A stretch of DNA of 64,000 bases from Paraspadella gotoi (GCA_051294375.1 CM119265.1:16886936-16950935); one strand, 5' to 3'; shown: positions 25,629 to 44,185, counted from the stretch's first letter. Numbers and translations are program-made. Notes: a model not told the origin generated them from the sequence alone.

Positions 25629-28600
25629 CCAATGAGGAAAAACTTGTTAATGAAAACTTCAAACAGCGAAAAATCAATTAAATTTGGACGAAATCTATTG
25701 AATAATATTGTTGAACCGACACCATTTGTTTAAGATAAATGTTATAATTTAACAAGATATAGCTTAATTCGCCATGAACGACGAACCGCAGATCACCAGT
25801 GAACAAACGACATCAACGAAAGTGGAAGAACTGAAGAAATGGAGAAAAGTAAACGAGAAAAAGGAAAATCTACGAACTAATTCTCAGAGAGAAAAAAGCT
25901 GAACAAAGATAGAAAAGAAAGAAGTGAAATAAAAGATCGAGAAGAGGCCGGAGAACAAAAAAAAGCGAAATTGGAAAGAACCTTGAAAGAACTGAACCAA
26001 GATCAACGACGCTCATCATGGCCAATCAATCCAATCCAGAAAAGCGGAAGATCTTCGGGAAATGAGGCACGAACATGAAAAAGACTCGAAAACGGGTACA
26101 GAAAAGATAAACTCCTTGTAGAAAAAATTGTGTGAATTTCGCGTGGATATAAAAACGAAATATTTAAATTTAGCCAAAAGCGAAAGCTAAGTTAAAAAAT
26201 TAATTGAAGTTACAGATGGATCTAGCCGAAGGATTTCAAACAAACAAACTGAATTGATGCAAAAATGGAGCAAGGGACAAGAAATTTGTTTGGGGGGACA
26301 AAAAACGGAGAGCACACAGAATCGATCAAGTTAACGCCGAGAAACTCAACTACTGGAAGTCGAACTAGAGAAGAAGAGAAAAGACGAGCGGAAGAAGGAA
26401 AAGGAAAGAAACGATCCTGAGACAGCACCTGAGAATGGCCGAAGGACAAAGAAAGAAAGGTCTGCTGAAAAAGGAAAGCGGAGGGACAGAAATATACGAC
26501 AAGAGAAAAAGTATGTCATTTCAAAAATTTACATCGAATCCTGGCGAGAACAGAAAAAGAAATGAACAAATGTAGACAAAAAAATCAAAAGACTCGAAAG
26601 TGAAATAAGAATCCAAATCACTAAGAAATAAGAAAAAACAATGTGAGAAAATAAAATATTTTTCGATTGTTAAATTATTTCAGAGAAAAAGTAGCTGATT
26701 TCCGCAGAGAGCAATGGAGTGGTGCTGAAAGGTCGACAGGCACGGGCCCCAATCAGTGAAGACGCATGAGATGTTTCGCATCCTACGCCAAACTTCCACC
26801 AAGAGCAAAATCGAAAAGTACGGTCAAGGACCAAGAAAAGAAAAAGAAGCTAGAAGCGGACTTCGAAAAACAGAAAGATTACTACGAACGATGGATTCGA
26901 AGTCAGATAATAATCAAGAAAAAATTTTCTCTGACTTTCAAAAAGAAAATGAGAAGTCATACGAAGGGAAAGAAATACCAGAATAGACCGGACACTTATT
27001 GAGAAAACCCATGTAACAGTCAAAAAAACTTGTACGTCGAAAGTTGTGTTTTTACTGTTAAATTATAGAAAAAAATGTACTCGAACAAAATATGAACAAA
27101 AATAAAACTTACGATGCGAGATCGAAGGATTTCGCCAAAACAAGAAAAGAAGTCGAGCCATCGGAGGACGCACCGACAGCCTAGAAGACGCAATTAGAGA
27201 GAGGAATGGCAAATCAAGATGAAATGAGTCGAATATACATACAAACTATATAGCAATGGGCTCACCTCTTGACGAAGAAATTCGAGAACGATATCGCTGA
27301 GGATAATTTCTGGAGCTGAAGGCGGACGTTGTAGAAGCGGAAGGCAAAATATTCTCAAAAACAACGAAAGACAATTATCGACGCATAAAAAATATTGAAA
27401 AAAGCTATTACGAACAAAAATTAACTGAAAAAAAAAAAAACAAAAAAAAAAAAAAAAAAAAATTGTATTGAACCGTTCACGATAGAAATGACAAATACAA
27501 CCATCGTTTAAAGTATACTGAGCAAAGAATAGCAGTGACGAACTCTGAGATCCAGAAAGAACAAGAAATCAATAATTCGAAAATTTACGAGAAAGCTAAA
27601 GAAGCTGAAACGAGGACTCGGAGCGACGAGAAAAAGAGCTTTTCCAAGAAATGCGGACCATGACGAACGAGAAACTAAAAAGCAAAAGGACACCGCTATA
27701 TCGGATAAAAGTTTTTTTTTTACCTATATACGTCAATGTTAGCTTGATTGTGTCGATAACTCGTGACATATAGATTATCGATAAATCCAATCCAGAGAAA
27801 GCTTACCCTTCTTACAACATGTCGACAACCATCGAAATCCGGGTCAACGCGGCCCGTCGACGGAGCCCACCGTCACCATCTCCGTCGCGCCGAGAACGCC
27901 GCCACCACCATCACGCGGCGCCCGCCCCAACGTCAACGCGGCCGCCCGCCGCCAACGTCAAAACGCGGCGCCCCCGGCCAACGTCAACGCGGCGCCGCGC
28001 CACGTCAACGCGGCGCCCGCCGCCTCGGCAACGCGGCTTCCCGCTGCAACGCTGCGTTCAGCAGCCCGGTCCCGGTCGCCACGCACAAACGCGGCCACTG
28101 CCGCGAATGCTGCACCGCAGCATCAACGCCCCGTTCGCCACGGCCACGGAGGGGACGTCGCCGCCCCCGCCACCAGACGCCGCGCCCAATACCGGAACGG
28201 ACGGGACCATCCCCGTCTCATCGTTCGATTCACTACGACGACGACAGACGACGACGAAGAACGACGACGAAAGAGGATGCGCGGAGCGCCCAAGGTCGCC
28301 CGACGAGCTGGAGGCCCACGACAGCGAGGAGGAGGAGTTGACTAACCTCCCGGACCACCGACTCTCAGCCGTATCCGAGAGGACTACGAAGAAAGCTTCG
28401 GACGAGGCCTGATCCCGACCGCCTTTGGGCAGACATTTCCGCCGATCGAAGAGGCGAGGGAGAAAATAGAGAGACGAGGAGACGACGAACATTGTTTTAT
28501 TATTATTATCATTCGTTTCGTTTTTTTTTTTGTATATACTCCTCTCGTCCTTTAAACATTTTAGCATATTCGTATTCAATTCGCTCACTTACCAAAAACA

Positions 28601-31600
28601 TTAAAAACATATGCGAAACGAAGAACCAGTCGAGAAGTCCGACAAAGGAGGAGACAGAAGACATGCGCCAATGAGAGAAGAAGCGGAGATAGGACGACCA
28701 TGCAGCCCATATTGAATGAAGGTCCAGTCATTTACGTGCAACAATTAAGGTCCGAGGAAAGCAGGAATCGTCAAGGGTTGGCGCCTATTACGGCGACGGT
28801 AGCTGGCGAAAATCAGGAAGTCGCGGACAGATTGGAGAGGATGCGAACGCACGGATTGGGGAGCGCAGTTATTCGACAACTCGAGGCCGAAGTGAAAGAA
28901 AGGAAGCGGCATAGGGAGGAGGAGAAAACGCTTTCGACAGGACTTGACACTTGTTTACGGAAAAATAAAGAAGAAATCATTCAGTTTAAATTGCGTATAC
29001 AATTGTCATCAAATAAATTGACTATTCACGAATTGATTTATCGTATGTATTTTAATCTTCCTACAGGGACATAAATTAAAATCAAAATGCCGACTGAATA
29101 ACATTCAAATAGTTAACTAACCCTCAAAGCAAAATAAAAAAATGGAGACGTCAATCGGGCTCAACCCAACGACTACAGCTACTGGATGGCGACGAAGGTA
29201 GCGATGGTGGGAACCCGACAGAAAGAAGAGAAAGAACAATTTACGGCGCCGCTTTCCATCGCACGAACTTGGCGAAACAGCTTGGAGACGATTCGCGTGA
29301 AGCTCGACGTCAGTAAATTGACGAGATCTTCGTTGCCGTACGCCGCCGAACAAATGTGAACCGAACCGGAAAGATGGGATTTACGGCACAGTTTTAAAAC
29401 GACGTGTAGCGCCACCTCACCGTCGAGCCGCTAAACGACTTCAGCGTGCCGCATCGGTCGTCGGATCGTAGCGACGAAAAATATTCATGCCATTTCGTGG
29501 CGCGAAAGGAAAAGAAGACCTATGATCTACAGAGATCAAAAAGGGATGAGACGCGCAGCCAGAACCACGAGCGGACGATAGACTTCGAGGTAACCTCATC
29601 GAGATGATCCAGAGTCGGCGCCGATAAAGAATTACTAGAGAAAAAAGCGAGAATGTGTTAGGGCCGACGGTGAACGAAAACAGCGCCGACGACTGTCAAC
29701 TAACGACAAAGAAAAAGCCAACGTCCATGCCGCAACAACGACGACAACGACGCTCAACGACGTCGACACGGATTGTAGTATTCGACGACGCAAATTCGGT
29801 CGGTAAATACGCGAGAGACGAAAACTAGCAACGACGCGACAAACGGAGGAATGCTTGATTAAAGAAATGAATGAAAGACAACGCACAGGCGCCAAGAAGA
29901 CGGCAAACGCGTCGACGCAGATCGAAGGTAGACGGGAGAGAATGGAGATGATGGAAGTTGATGAAAGAGGAAGACACAAGAAATAACGAAAGGGGGAGTG
30001 CGAGAAAGGCGGAACTGAGGAACAGATCGAGGAATTGAAAGAAAATTTAAAGAAAGATAACAGAAAAAGAATCGAATGCAGACAAGCGGAAATAGTGAGG
30101 ACGGAGCGGAGAAAAAACGAGCAATACGGAGATGCTTTGCGCCAAGCCTCGGGAAACTTCAGGACAGATAGAGGAACTTTTCATGCCCTACCCGAGAACG
30201 CCGTCACAGAGAGAAAGCCCACTACTGTTCAACGTTTTCGACCACCGCCAGGAAAAGAGTCGCTGACGAAATCGCCGCCACGCACAAAAACGCGCCGTTC
30301 AAAGAAGCAGAAAAATACCGTGGCTGCAAACCAGTAGCATCTCCGCGCCTCGCCGCCTTCACCGCCACCACCGCCGCCAGACGGAAAAATATCCCAAGTT
30401 TGGCCAAAACTCAACTCGAAAAAGAAGATATAGATTCAAAAACGAACATTTGAAACCAATTACAATGAATAAAAACTCTGTAAAAGAAAACGTGTCGCTT
30501 CATGTTATGTTATTATTAATTGACGAGGGCCACGGTTGAGCGTGACGAGCCGAAACGTTCGACGGTGCGAATCGGATGATTGGATTGCATTGTTTATTGA
30601 AATGCTGGCATTTGTCATTAATTGCGATCAATTTACTTTAAAACAGTGACTGAAAAAACAAACAAAAAATAATTTTTAGTGCAAAAAAGGGGGAGGAATT
30701 GCCCGATAAAGGAACTTAAATGGTCGGTTTCGAACTGCACACAAGCACCGTTATGCACACCAACACGCACACAGACATGGTTTCCAGCCAAGCTCGACAC
30801 CGAAGGCCGCAAAGAGACGATGTCAAAGACCGAAAGAGATGACGAAAGACTCAACGCGTGATATGCCGATGCCACAAGACCCGAATCGGCGATACTCACG
30901 AAAGGCCTTCACACAAAGACGTCTCGGCGGAAGTCCCAGCGTCGTCAGGAGACGATGCCGGGCTGCCGCCGCGAAGGACGAGACGCTCGAATGTGATCCG
31001 AAGGGGATACGCAGAGTGCCGATCCAAGAAAACGGACATCACGACATTGTGCACGAGGGCGCGTCAAGGTGACGAAGCCGAGCGACCCGTCAACGGGATG
31101 CGAAAGGACGGCGACGGCCGAAGAGGACAACGCGAGCCGACGCGTCTTACCTGCGCAACAGGCACGACGTGGAGACCTGAACGCTGACGCGAAGGGGAAG
31201 TGAACGAGGATCGAAAAAGCAGATCGGCGGACGGGAATGACCGGAAACGGGGAGGGAGACGCGGATTTGTCCACCTGGTCGTTCATGAACAGACAATCGC
31301 AGACTTTACAATTGCCGACGGCGAACGAGCTGGCTCCCGGTGTGTGTCTATTCGGTCGTTATGTCGAAGGGTCGACCGGGGGAGTGTTGCCGAATAGTCG
31401 CTAATCGTTGTACGTGACGCGTTTTGTACTTAGTTACCATGTTAACACGCGTATCTAGGCAGTTAGAATTGGCGAGTAGACTTTTAGAAGAGAAGCGCGG
31501 AGCCGGCGGGATTAATTTTCAACAAAATAGCGGTTTCATGAAAACGTCATTGCTCACTTGCCAGATTAGTAAGTATTTAATTGAATGAAGATTAAATAAT

Positions 31601-31881
31601 TAGTCATTTATTGACATCAATTGACACTGTTAAAGGTTTTGAAACACTTCACAATACATTTATATCTTCTGACACTGGCATTGACTTATTGACAGACAGT
31701 AAAATCAGGTCTCAAAAAGTAGCGTTTATTTACGTTGTATATATATTTTATATATAGTTATTAGTCATAAAGTATAAAAAAATTATTGATAAGAAATTAC
31801 TGCCCAGCGGAAACACATTTGTTATTGAATCCTTCCTACGCCCTACAAGTTCTAAATATTACCCTTTCATCCTTACTTTCT

Positions 31882-31920
<39 letters not shown>

Positions 31921-32127
31921 TTCTCTCACCATCCCTTACTTAACCCCCCACCCTTGTTTCGTTGCCTCCAGTTTTTCTCGACCGAAAGCCAAATAAAGAA
32001 CATGTCAAAGTGAAACTTTCGCTCTCTCGATTTAAAGGAGTTCACGACAAGAAAAAGAGAGATGAGAAGGGGTAATCCGCGGAAGGTTTACAGAGTTTAT
32101 TCTCTCTCTCTCTCACCTCTCGCTCTC

Positions 32128-32166
<39 letters not shown>

Positions 32167-32677
32167 AACTACTAAGAAAATAGAATAAATTTGAAAATGC
32201 AGAGAAAATCCGGCAACGAAAAAACAAAAAAAAAAAAAAGAAAGAAAGGAAAGAAAGAAGTATATTGTGGCGTGGCGACATTGCGCTGGCCATATTCGTA
32301 TCAAAGAGTCGACTAGTCCTCTCTCTCTCTCTTCTTTCTCTCTCTCTCTCTCACTGTAAAGTAAAAAAACGGTGAATATCGGAAAGCCTCTGAGAGGGAA
32401 AGAAGAGAGAGAAAGAGAGAGAGAGAGAGAGAGGAAGAGAGAGAGAGAGAGAGAGAGATTCCAATCGACGTCACAACGTCGAACGTCGTTGAGTCCCCCC
32501 CCTCTCCCCTTTTCAGTGGCTCTGTGGGAGTGAAACCCCAATTTATTTACCATCTCAGCGACATAAAAACCCGAAAAGCACTAAAGCCGCAATTACGCGA
32601 AGCGCAAAATGTTAAATGCATCATATAAGTACGAAAAGAGGATGAAGAGAGAGAGAGGACCGAGAGAGAGAGAGAAT

Positions 32678-32721
<44 letters not shown>

Positions 32722-32793
32722 GACGAGAATATTTTCAAACGGAAATTGGTGTGCGTCTGTGTGTGTATATAGACGAGACGCCGTGTCGACTCT

Positions 32794-32837
<44 letters not shown>

Positions 32838-33432
32838 GTATGCTGTACTATCGCCTTGACACTTCCCCCCTCCACTCTCCGACACCGCTCCTCCCCCTTA
32901 TCCGTCTTCGCTCGCGTTCACTTTGCGTTATAAAACACGTATTTATTGCGAGCAAAACCAAATAGGAGTCCCTGACATCAGAAATAGGACAGAAGAAAAA
33001 CGTAGGGAAGGCGGGCGGTAGAAGGCGTGAAAATTTTTTTAAAAGGGGGGGGGGGGGGCCCCCGTGTGCGAGAGAGAAAGAATGAAGGTAGGGAATGTAA
33101 AAGGCGGATATTAAGGCATACACGACGACTACTTGGGTTTTTAATCTGCAAGACGCGAAGAAAATATTTTTCCTACTTTTGTCCATTTTCCCCGCCTTTC
33201 TCTCGCTCTCATCTCTCCCGGAGATCCCACTTTTTCTCTCCCTCTCCTCTTTTGCATTGGGAGTCTGCAGTTTTACTACCAAAGGCTCATAAAAAGCGGA
33301 GACATGCAATACTAAGTACATAGACAAGACCGCGGCTGCCGCTCCTGCGGCGCTGACGCCGCTGCGATACTTGAACAGGACCCATTCGTCGCTTCATTGG
33401 AGAGATAGCGGAGATGAGAGAAGAGAGAGATG

Positions 33433-33480
<48 letters not shown>

Positions 33481-34208
33481 AGAGAGAGAACTGGAGTTCA
33501 TTTTTTCAAACTTACTACAACAAATCTTAAAATATGATTTACGGAGAGATATACGCGGAAATTAATTTCATCTAAAGAAATCGGGAAAAATAGAAAGCGC
33601 CAATGAGAAACCGTCGCGTCGTTATGTTTTAAATCTCATCTGCATATCGCAGTCTTTACCACTTCTCAGTTTTTTTAATTATTGCTTGAACAATAGCGCG
33701 CAGAGAACAGGAGCCAAATTGTCTTCGTATTTTAATTGGTGCTTTCCGTACGAAACGTAAACGAAAGAAATATTATTAAACGTATTATGGCTTATGTACA
33801 TTAATAAATAGCCCAATTTTTATTTTACCAAGGCGACTTTTATGCTTAATGCTGTCTTATTACATAAAACTAAAGAAAAACAAAAAATTGCTTTTTTTTG
33901 CTTCTTCTTCTTAGATATAACTTGAAGTGGAACGAGTGAAGTTTTAAGGCGAGCGTGACTCAGTTGCAGCATTTATAATTTTAAAGGTTTTTCTTTCCTC
34001 TTTAAAAAGAAAAAAAATTTTGACAATCTGCGATTAACTTTTATTTTTGCGCGTAAGAATGTGTAGGTGCAGATGCGGTTGCACTATTACATTTCGCAAT
34101 AATTCATACCTCAAACGAACTGTCATAAACAATTTCACGATTTTCATTTCTGCTTCCCAGTTTCCTAACAATCACCAAAAAAACTTGAAAAGATCTCACC
34201 CGGCTGAA
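24873..34208 (+). repeat. Direct copy of 15444-24847 (offset 9429); apparently identical to ~33474, then a similar but non-identical version
   Basis: ORFs in the track repeat with identical translations at +9429; both copies begin ttatacggttttaag immediately after a 25-N gap. Confidence 0.97.
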
Positions 34209-34451
34209 AAATGCACCACGGCACCGATTTCTCGCTTTCGGCTTTTGGATCTTCGACGCTCGTTCTCCCCTTAACTGCAGATTTAAGTGGTAAGTGCCAT
34301 CAAAGCTGCAGACGAGATGAGACAACTCTCTCTCTTTCTCTTTCTCTCTCTCTCCCTCTCTATCTCTCGATTCCAACGTTTTTTCCCGTCTCACTTTCTC
34401 TCCCGCTAAGTTTTTCGCCTCGTGTTAATTTTCAAGAGCCAAGTTTCTTTC

Positions 34452-37563
<3,112 letters not shown>

Positions 37564-37588
37564 NNNNNNNNNNNNNNNNNNNNNNNNN

Positions 37589-37842
37589 CGCATCCCTCTC
37601 TCTCTCTCTCTCTCTCTCTCTTCATCTCCTCTCTCTCGTACTTATATATTGCCAATTTAACATTTTGCGCTTTCGCGTAATTGCGGTTTATAAAGTGCTT
37701 TTCGGTTTTTATGTCCGCTCGAGATTGGGTAAATAAATGGGGGTTCACTCCCCACGGCTGAAAAGGGGAGAGGGGGGGACGTCAACGACGATTCGACGTT
37801 GTGACGTCGATTGAATCTCTCTCTCTCTTCTCATCTCTCTCT

Positions 37843-37896
<54 letters not shown>

Positions 37897-38139
37897 TCTC
37901 TTTCCCTCTCAGAGCTTTCGATATTCACCGTTTTTTACTTTACAGTGAGAGAGAGAGAAGAGAAAGAGAGAGAGAGAGAGACTAGTCGACCTCTTTGAAT
38001 ACGAAATATGGCCACGCAATCGTCGCCAGCGCCACAATACTTTCTTTCATTCCTTCTTCTTTTTTTTTTTTTTTTTGATATTTTTCGTGCCCGGATTTTT
38101 TTCTGCTTTTCAAATTTATTCTTATTTTCTTAGTAGTTT

Positions 38140-38229
<90 letters not shown>

Positions 38230-38438
38230 ATAACCTCTGTAACCTTCCGCCGGGATCACCCCTCTCCATCTCTCCTTTTTTCTTGTCGTGACTCCTTTAA
38301 ATCGAGAGAGCGAAAGTTCACTTTGACAATGTTCTTTATTTGCTTTCGGTCGAGAAAAAAAATGGAGGCAACCGAAACAAGGGTGGGGGGTTAAGTAGGG
38401 ATGGTGAGAGAAAGAGAGAGAGGAGACGAAGAGAGAGA

Positions 38439-38489
<51 letters not shown>

Positions 38490-38635
38490 TAAGGATGAAA
38501 GGGTAATATTTAGAACTTGTAGGGCGATAGGAAAGGATTAGATAAACAAATGTGTTTCGCTGCAGTAATTTTCTTATCATATTTTTTTATCTTATGACTA
38601 CATAACTATAATTATAAAATATAAAAATAAAAACG
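37589..38635 (+). repeat. Direct near-copy of ~35300-36294 (fourth version of this segment in the window)
   Basis: cactccccacggctgaaaaggggag, actagtcgacctctttgaatacgaaatatggccacg and tagaacttgtagggcgatagg are shared; follows a 25-N gap. Confidence 0.93.
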
Positions 38636-39080
38636 TCCCATGTTTGATCACATATCTGCAAAGTTTAGAATAAAACAATTAAATATTATTATACAAATTA
38701 TGTCGCATTTACTTTGTAATCATATGATTATATTTTTATATAGTCATATAACTATATAAATATGATATATAGGTACACGAAGCATTTATTTACAACTTTA
38801 ATTATTAACTAAAATGCATTTTAATGATTTTAATTATTTAACAAATTATGCCGCATTGAATTTTTGGTCATGTGATAATTTTTTTATATGATCACATTAC
38901 TGCACATTGTACAAGTATGATACATATGCACATTAAAGGTCTTGTGGTACCTTACCTTTCTACCAAATATGAACTTAATTGATGCAGTATTACCCGAGTA
39001 ATGAGCATTTAAAATGTAAGTGAGATAGACTAACAGACCAACCGACAGACAGACCGACCGAAAAGTGACTTATAGAATTG
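38636..39080 (+). mobile_element. Probable non-autonomous Helentron/DINE-1-like (HINE) fragment
   Basis: AT-rich internally repeated core (acaaattatg.cgcatt twice), accaaatatgaactt...cccgagtaatgagc, then a GACA/GACC microsatellite followed by aaagtgacttataga, resembling HINE ends. The terminal hairpin is not visible. Confidence 0.45.
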
Positions 39081-39932
39081 CTATATTATTATTATGGAGT
39101 AGTCTGTACAGTTGGTAAAGAAAAAGAGGATGTAACAAGATGCGGGCATGATGGAAGTTTAGTTTCTAGGGTTTGGCTCATCGAGACTCAGTGGGATGAT
39201 GTCTTAAAAGAGAGAGTGAAAAAAGTAAAGCGTGGGGAGGAGACAGAGGGAGAAGCTTCAGACCCAACGCACTTATGTATCCATTTATTCGTGCTTTTCC
39301 TCGGATTTTCCTTTCGCCCGCATAAAATCACGATTCTTTCGCAACTCAAATATTTCTTCTTTTTTTTTTCTTCCCTATCCCTTCCGCCCTCGACGCCACC
39401 TCGGATGCCTTAGCAAACTCGCCACTCCCGTGGTGTGTATGCCAGAATTGCCACATGCTGGCCTGGCCTCTTATGTCACCCTTGCCTCCTCGGCCTGCCG
39501 CATTCTCGCGAAACTTAAATTTCTTGCGTCAAATTATCAACGAACAGACGCGGGGAATCCAGACAAAATAGATGAAATAGACGAAATAGACTAGAAATAG
39601 AAATGCATGTAGATTCGTAAAACTATCTCAAAATATACGGTGTTTTGATAAAGCCGAATAATATAATGCTTCTTCGAAGGAAACAATGAGCAATTGAGCA
39701 TTGACAGCTGTTCTCGCGAAGTCCTTTTCTATTTCGATATTTAAAGCTATTGCTTATGACCGTATATTTCTTTGTCGCTTACTTGTTTAAGTCAGTCTTC
39801 CCGGGCGTTTGGCGTTTGTTAGATGTATGGCTGTCGTATCGATGACTTTTCTTTTGCATCAAACTCGCCCTTTGAATTCTTTCAAACACAACCGAGACCC
39901 TCAAATCTAAGAATCACGAGCGAAGGAAAAAC

Positions 39933-39994
<62 letters not shown>

Positions 39995-40001
39995 TCTCTC
40001 G

Positions 40002-40035
<34 letters not shown>

Positions 40036-40209
40036 TTTGAGACTTTTTTTACTTTCTTTTCCTCTGTTTTCACTTAACGTAGAATATAAGCGTCTCGTTC
40101 CTTTGATCTTGCCGTCGCCGATGTTACGAAAAACCGAAGAGATATTAAGTCGAAATGTTGCGTGAAAATGGGCAAAGGTATCTTCTCTCTCTTCTCTCTC
40201 TCCTCTCTC

Positions 40210-40273
<64 letters not shown>

Positions 40274-41355
40274 TTCGCTCTCTCTCTCTTCTTCTCTCTC
40301 TCATTTTCTCTCTCTTTCTCACTCTTTTCGTCTCTCTCTCAATTTGTTTTACGCTCTCTCTCTCTTCCGGGAACGTAGGAAACGTACGATAACTGTTATT
40401 TGTTGAATTTTTGATTTGCTCGCTTTGCTTCCAGTGATAATGTAATTTTTTTCGATTTAACTACTGAAAATACAACTACATATATTTATTAATCAATATG
40501 AAAAGATTGAATCAATAAATTGCTTCTTTGGAATGACGTTCATGAAAAGTTAGAAACGTAACGAAATAAAAGTTGATCGATGTAGGGAATACCCGCCCGA
40601 TTCTCACTCCTGCCCTTCTTTCGTCTCCGGGTTCAAAACCCAAGCAAAGAATTGGGTCACAATTTGCCCTCATTTTCGATTTGACCAACGAATCGTTACG
40701 AGATTCTCTCTTAACGTTGGATGGAGCAGATTAATTACTTTAATACTTGTTTCAAAGTTAAACCCGAAAGTCGGACGATGACGACGACGACGACGACGTC
40801 GACGATGACTACGACATTCTAGTTTTAAGGCTTGGTGTTTTTATTATGATTATACTGATTATCGATCCCGCAGAAAACGCTGTTTCGTCATTGCATCGAC
40901 TCTGAACAAACAAACTCGAATAAAGAAAACAAAGGCGAAGATTTCCTTTCTTTGTTTCTCTTTTAAAAAACAAGGAATAGACGCCTCCGTTTTGAAGCCA
41001 CGATCGGCATGAATGCGTGATTGATGCTTCCACCGGCCTTGATTAAAAATAAGAAGAGAGGAACATAATTAAATGCAAAAAATAAATCGGCCAAAGATAA
41101 ATTTGTATTCTTTTGAGGAGCTTGACGATGAATGAGGCGACGACGACGACGACGATGTGGCAAATAATAACAACAACAACGACGACGCCGATCAGCTACC
41201 GCGCCGCGGAAAAAAAAACGCGCGCGAATTTGAGGTTGTCAAAACAAACAATTGAAAAGAAGAATATATCACGAAGATACAAAACAAAAGCATCAGCATC
41301 ACGACGTCGTGTTTGAGGGGCAGAGATGGGTCACGATAGAGGGAGAGACAGATAG

Positions 41356-41417
<62 letters not shown>

Positions 41418-42136
41418 TTATATCGCGTTCACTTTTTCGCGCGTTATTTCAACGTTTTTCCATCCCGGCCAAAGTTTATCACTTCCATATTTTTTCTTTC
41501 TTCTACCCATTCTCCCTCCCACCCCCCCTCCGGAAATCTCGTCCCCCGAATGTCCCTTCCACCCCCCCCCTCCCCTCTCTCCCCCGCCTCACCACCCTTT
41601 TTTCAAAAACGCCCGAATTCGTGTTGGCAGCGGAATATAATAAAACAAAATCTGATCTTTTGTGTCATTTTTGATCTTTTGTTATTTCGCTTCTCATTTT
41701 TCCGCTTCTCGTTTTTCCGATTTTGCGTCTCCCGTCACCCGAGTCTCACCTCGCATAGCACAAACAAGCAAACAACCAAGCGAATTTCAAACTAAAAAAA
41801 AAAACAGATATTTTTTTAGTGAGTAAGCATGAACTTGCTCCCCCTCGAGGAAGTAAACTCGCTTATTTATTTAAATACATAAAGGCTTTTGCAGCTCTAT
41901 GGCATTCTTTAAAACTTACATGGAATAAACCAACAAAATCGCGCGCAAACTCACATAAAAGTTACACGTAAACTTCCACGCGGACTCGCACTCAAAAAAA
42001 AAAAATGATTGATGGCGAAATGAGAACGTCGCAGTTTTTCCCCATCTAATGCCAACCAACACAAATATTCTATTTACATTTTCATGAAAATTCATGAATA
42101 AAAAGCGCGGCCTGTGTGTGTGTTCGGTAGAGAGAG

Positions 42137-42216
<80 letters not shown>

Positions 42217-44185
42217 TCGGCTACGGCGAAAAAAAAAACAATTTTCCATGAATAGTTTTAACCGTCGCTTTGACGTAATAAAAGAAAAGGGAGAAGCGAG
42301 TTTCTCTCATTTTTTTTATCGAAGGCTGGTGTCGGCGGCTGGGTCGGGCGGGGGCGCGGGCGGTAATTCCTCAGGATCTTCGGCCTCTTTGCGGCATCCA
42401 TTGCGGTGTTATTGCGGGGCATTCTGGCCAATGGCCATTGACCAGTCTGTTTTGACCTAGAAGTATTCCTCCATTTTGTAATGCACATTTCTTACTCTTA
42501 GTCACTCGAGCAATGTTCGCGAAGCAAAACCGTTTCCTTCTTTATGCAATATAAAAAACCCAACGGGTTGTGGCCCCATTGGGTTGTGAATATGTTGAGT
42601 TATGCAAGAAAATAAAATATCAAAGTTGTGCTCGCGCTCCGCCATATTTAAAAAAAAAGTAATAATATTTGTATTTAATTATATTCGAAATGAAATATAC
42701 CACAATAAGCATTATAAAACCATACAGGCTTGGAAAAATAGAGAGCGAGAAAGCGTAAGAAAATGAATAAGAAAGGAGAAAAAGAGAGTGAGAGAGAGAG
42801 AGAAAGAGAGAGCGAGAAAAAAAGGGGAGAAAATCATATTCTGTTTTTCCCTGATTGCGTCGGCGGCCGATTTTTAAAGACCAAACAAAACGACAAAGAA
42901 AAAAGAGAAGTTTTCGTCCTTTGGCGACCCGCGGCGATACAAAGGAAATGGCTGATATCTAAATTCAGTGAAAGGGAGAAAGAGAGAGAGCGAGAGTCCC
43001 GCAGAGCGAGAGAGAGAGAGAGAGACTGCGGAACGGATTGGGTTCTTAAGGGGAGTGATTCTTTTTTCTTTCTCTCTCTCTCCCTCTCTCTTCTCTCTCT
43101 TCTCTCGTCTCTCTCTCTTACCACCCCAGTCTCCAACTCCCCACTTCCCTCATCCCATCCTCTCACTCTCTCTCAGTCCTCATTGATTATGAATTAAGTC
43201 AAGAACTCTCGGTGACGGGGTTTTGTTTACCAGGGGGTATTATTATCTATCTAACGAAATTGAAAAGAATTTGAATCAGAGACCGCAGAAATGAGAGTCG
43301 ATGCCATCGGGAAAAACGGGGGAGGGAAGATCGAGATGGTGCCATTTAAGGGGAAGGGAGGGAGAGAGGATGAGTTATGCCATTTAAGGGCACAGGATGA
43401 AAGATGAAGTAAAAAAAGAGTTGGAGCGATGGTTTTTCGACCCGCAGGAGAGAGTAGAAGAGTCATGGGGAATTGAGGAGTGAAAAAAGTGGTAAAAATG
43501 GTTAAGGGATCCTTAAAAAATATGAACCGAATTACAAAAACTATAACAACGGAAATTCCATTAACGTACATCCACAATAGTTTCCATCGGGGGAATTCTT
43601 TTCTTTTTACACATATAACGATAATCCTTGTTTTAAAATATTTAACCCTTTCCTTACTTTCTACTTGATAACCCGTTTCCATTCCTTAACCCCCTTTTAC
43701 TCTTTCTACTTTTCCAGCTTTAAATTTTCACTCTGTTAACCCATGAGCTGAAACTAGCGAATACTTTCCCCCAGCTCACTATTTTCCCCACAACCTCATT
43801 CTGAACAACGGCCTTGATGAGCAGTACTCATCTTTGAGAACCTATTGTAGCGGAAGTATTTCACGAAGTAATTTACTTTTTTAGCACAGAGAATATTTTA
43901 GTTTCGATCATTGTCTTTGTTTAGTCAAAATAAAAACAAATTCGTTGATTGTAAAAAAAACAAATTCTTCATTTAATGCTATTATCAACTCAACGAAAGG
44001 ATGAGAAACGACAATCTTCACTTTGATATAACTTTTTCGTCAACTTCTTTTCCTTCCACCCTGCCCCCTTATAAATTTCCTATACCCTGCTTCCTCCCTT
44101 CAGCCGTTTAACCCACTCTCCCAGGAGCCTCCCTTTTCTCCCAAGTCCGAAATGGATTCGTTAGGGGGATTCTTTTCCCCATTTT

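Noticed and set aside
43251-43682. 143-aa hydrophobic ORF on the minus strand
   Set aside because: No recognisable family; the composition reflects the local purine/pyrimidine skew.
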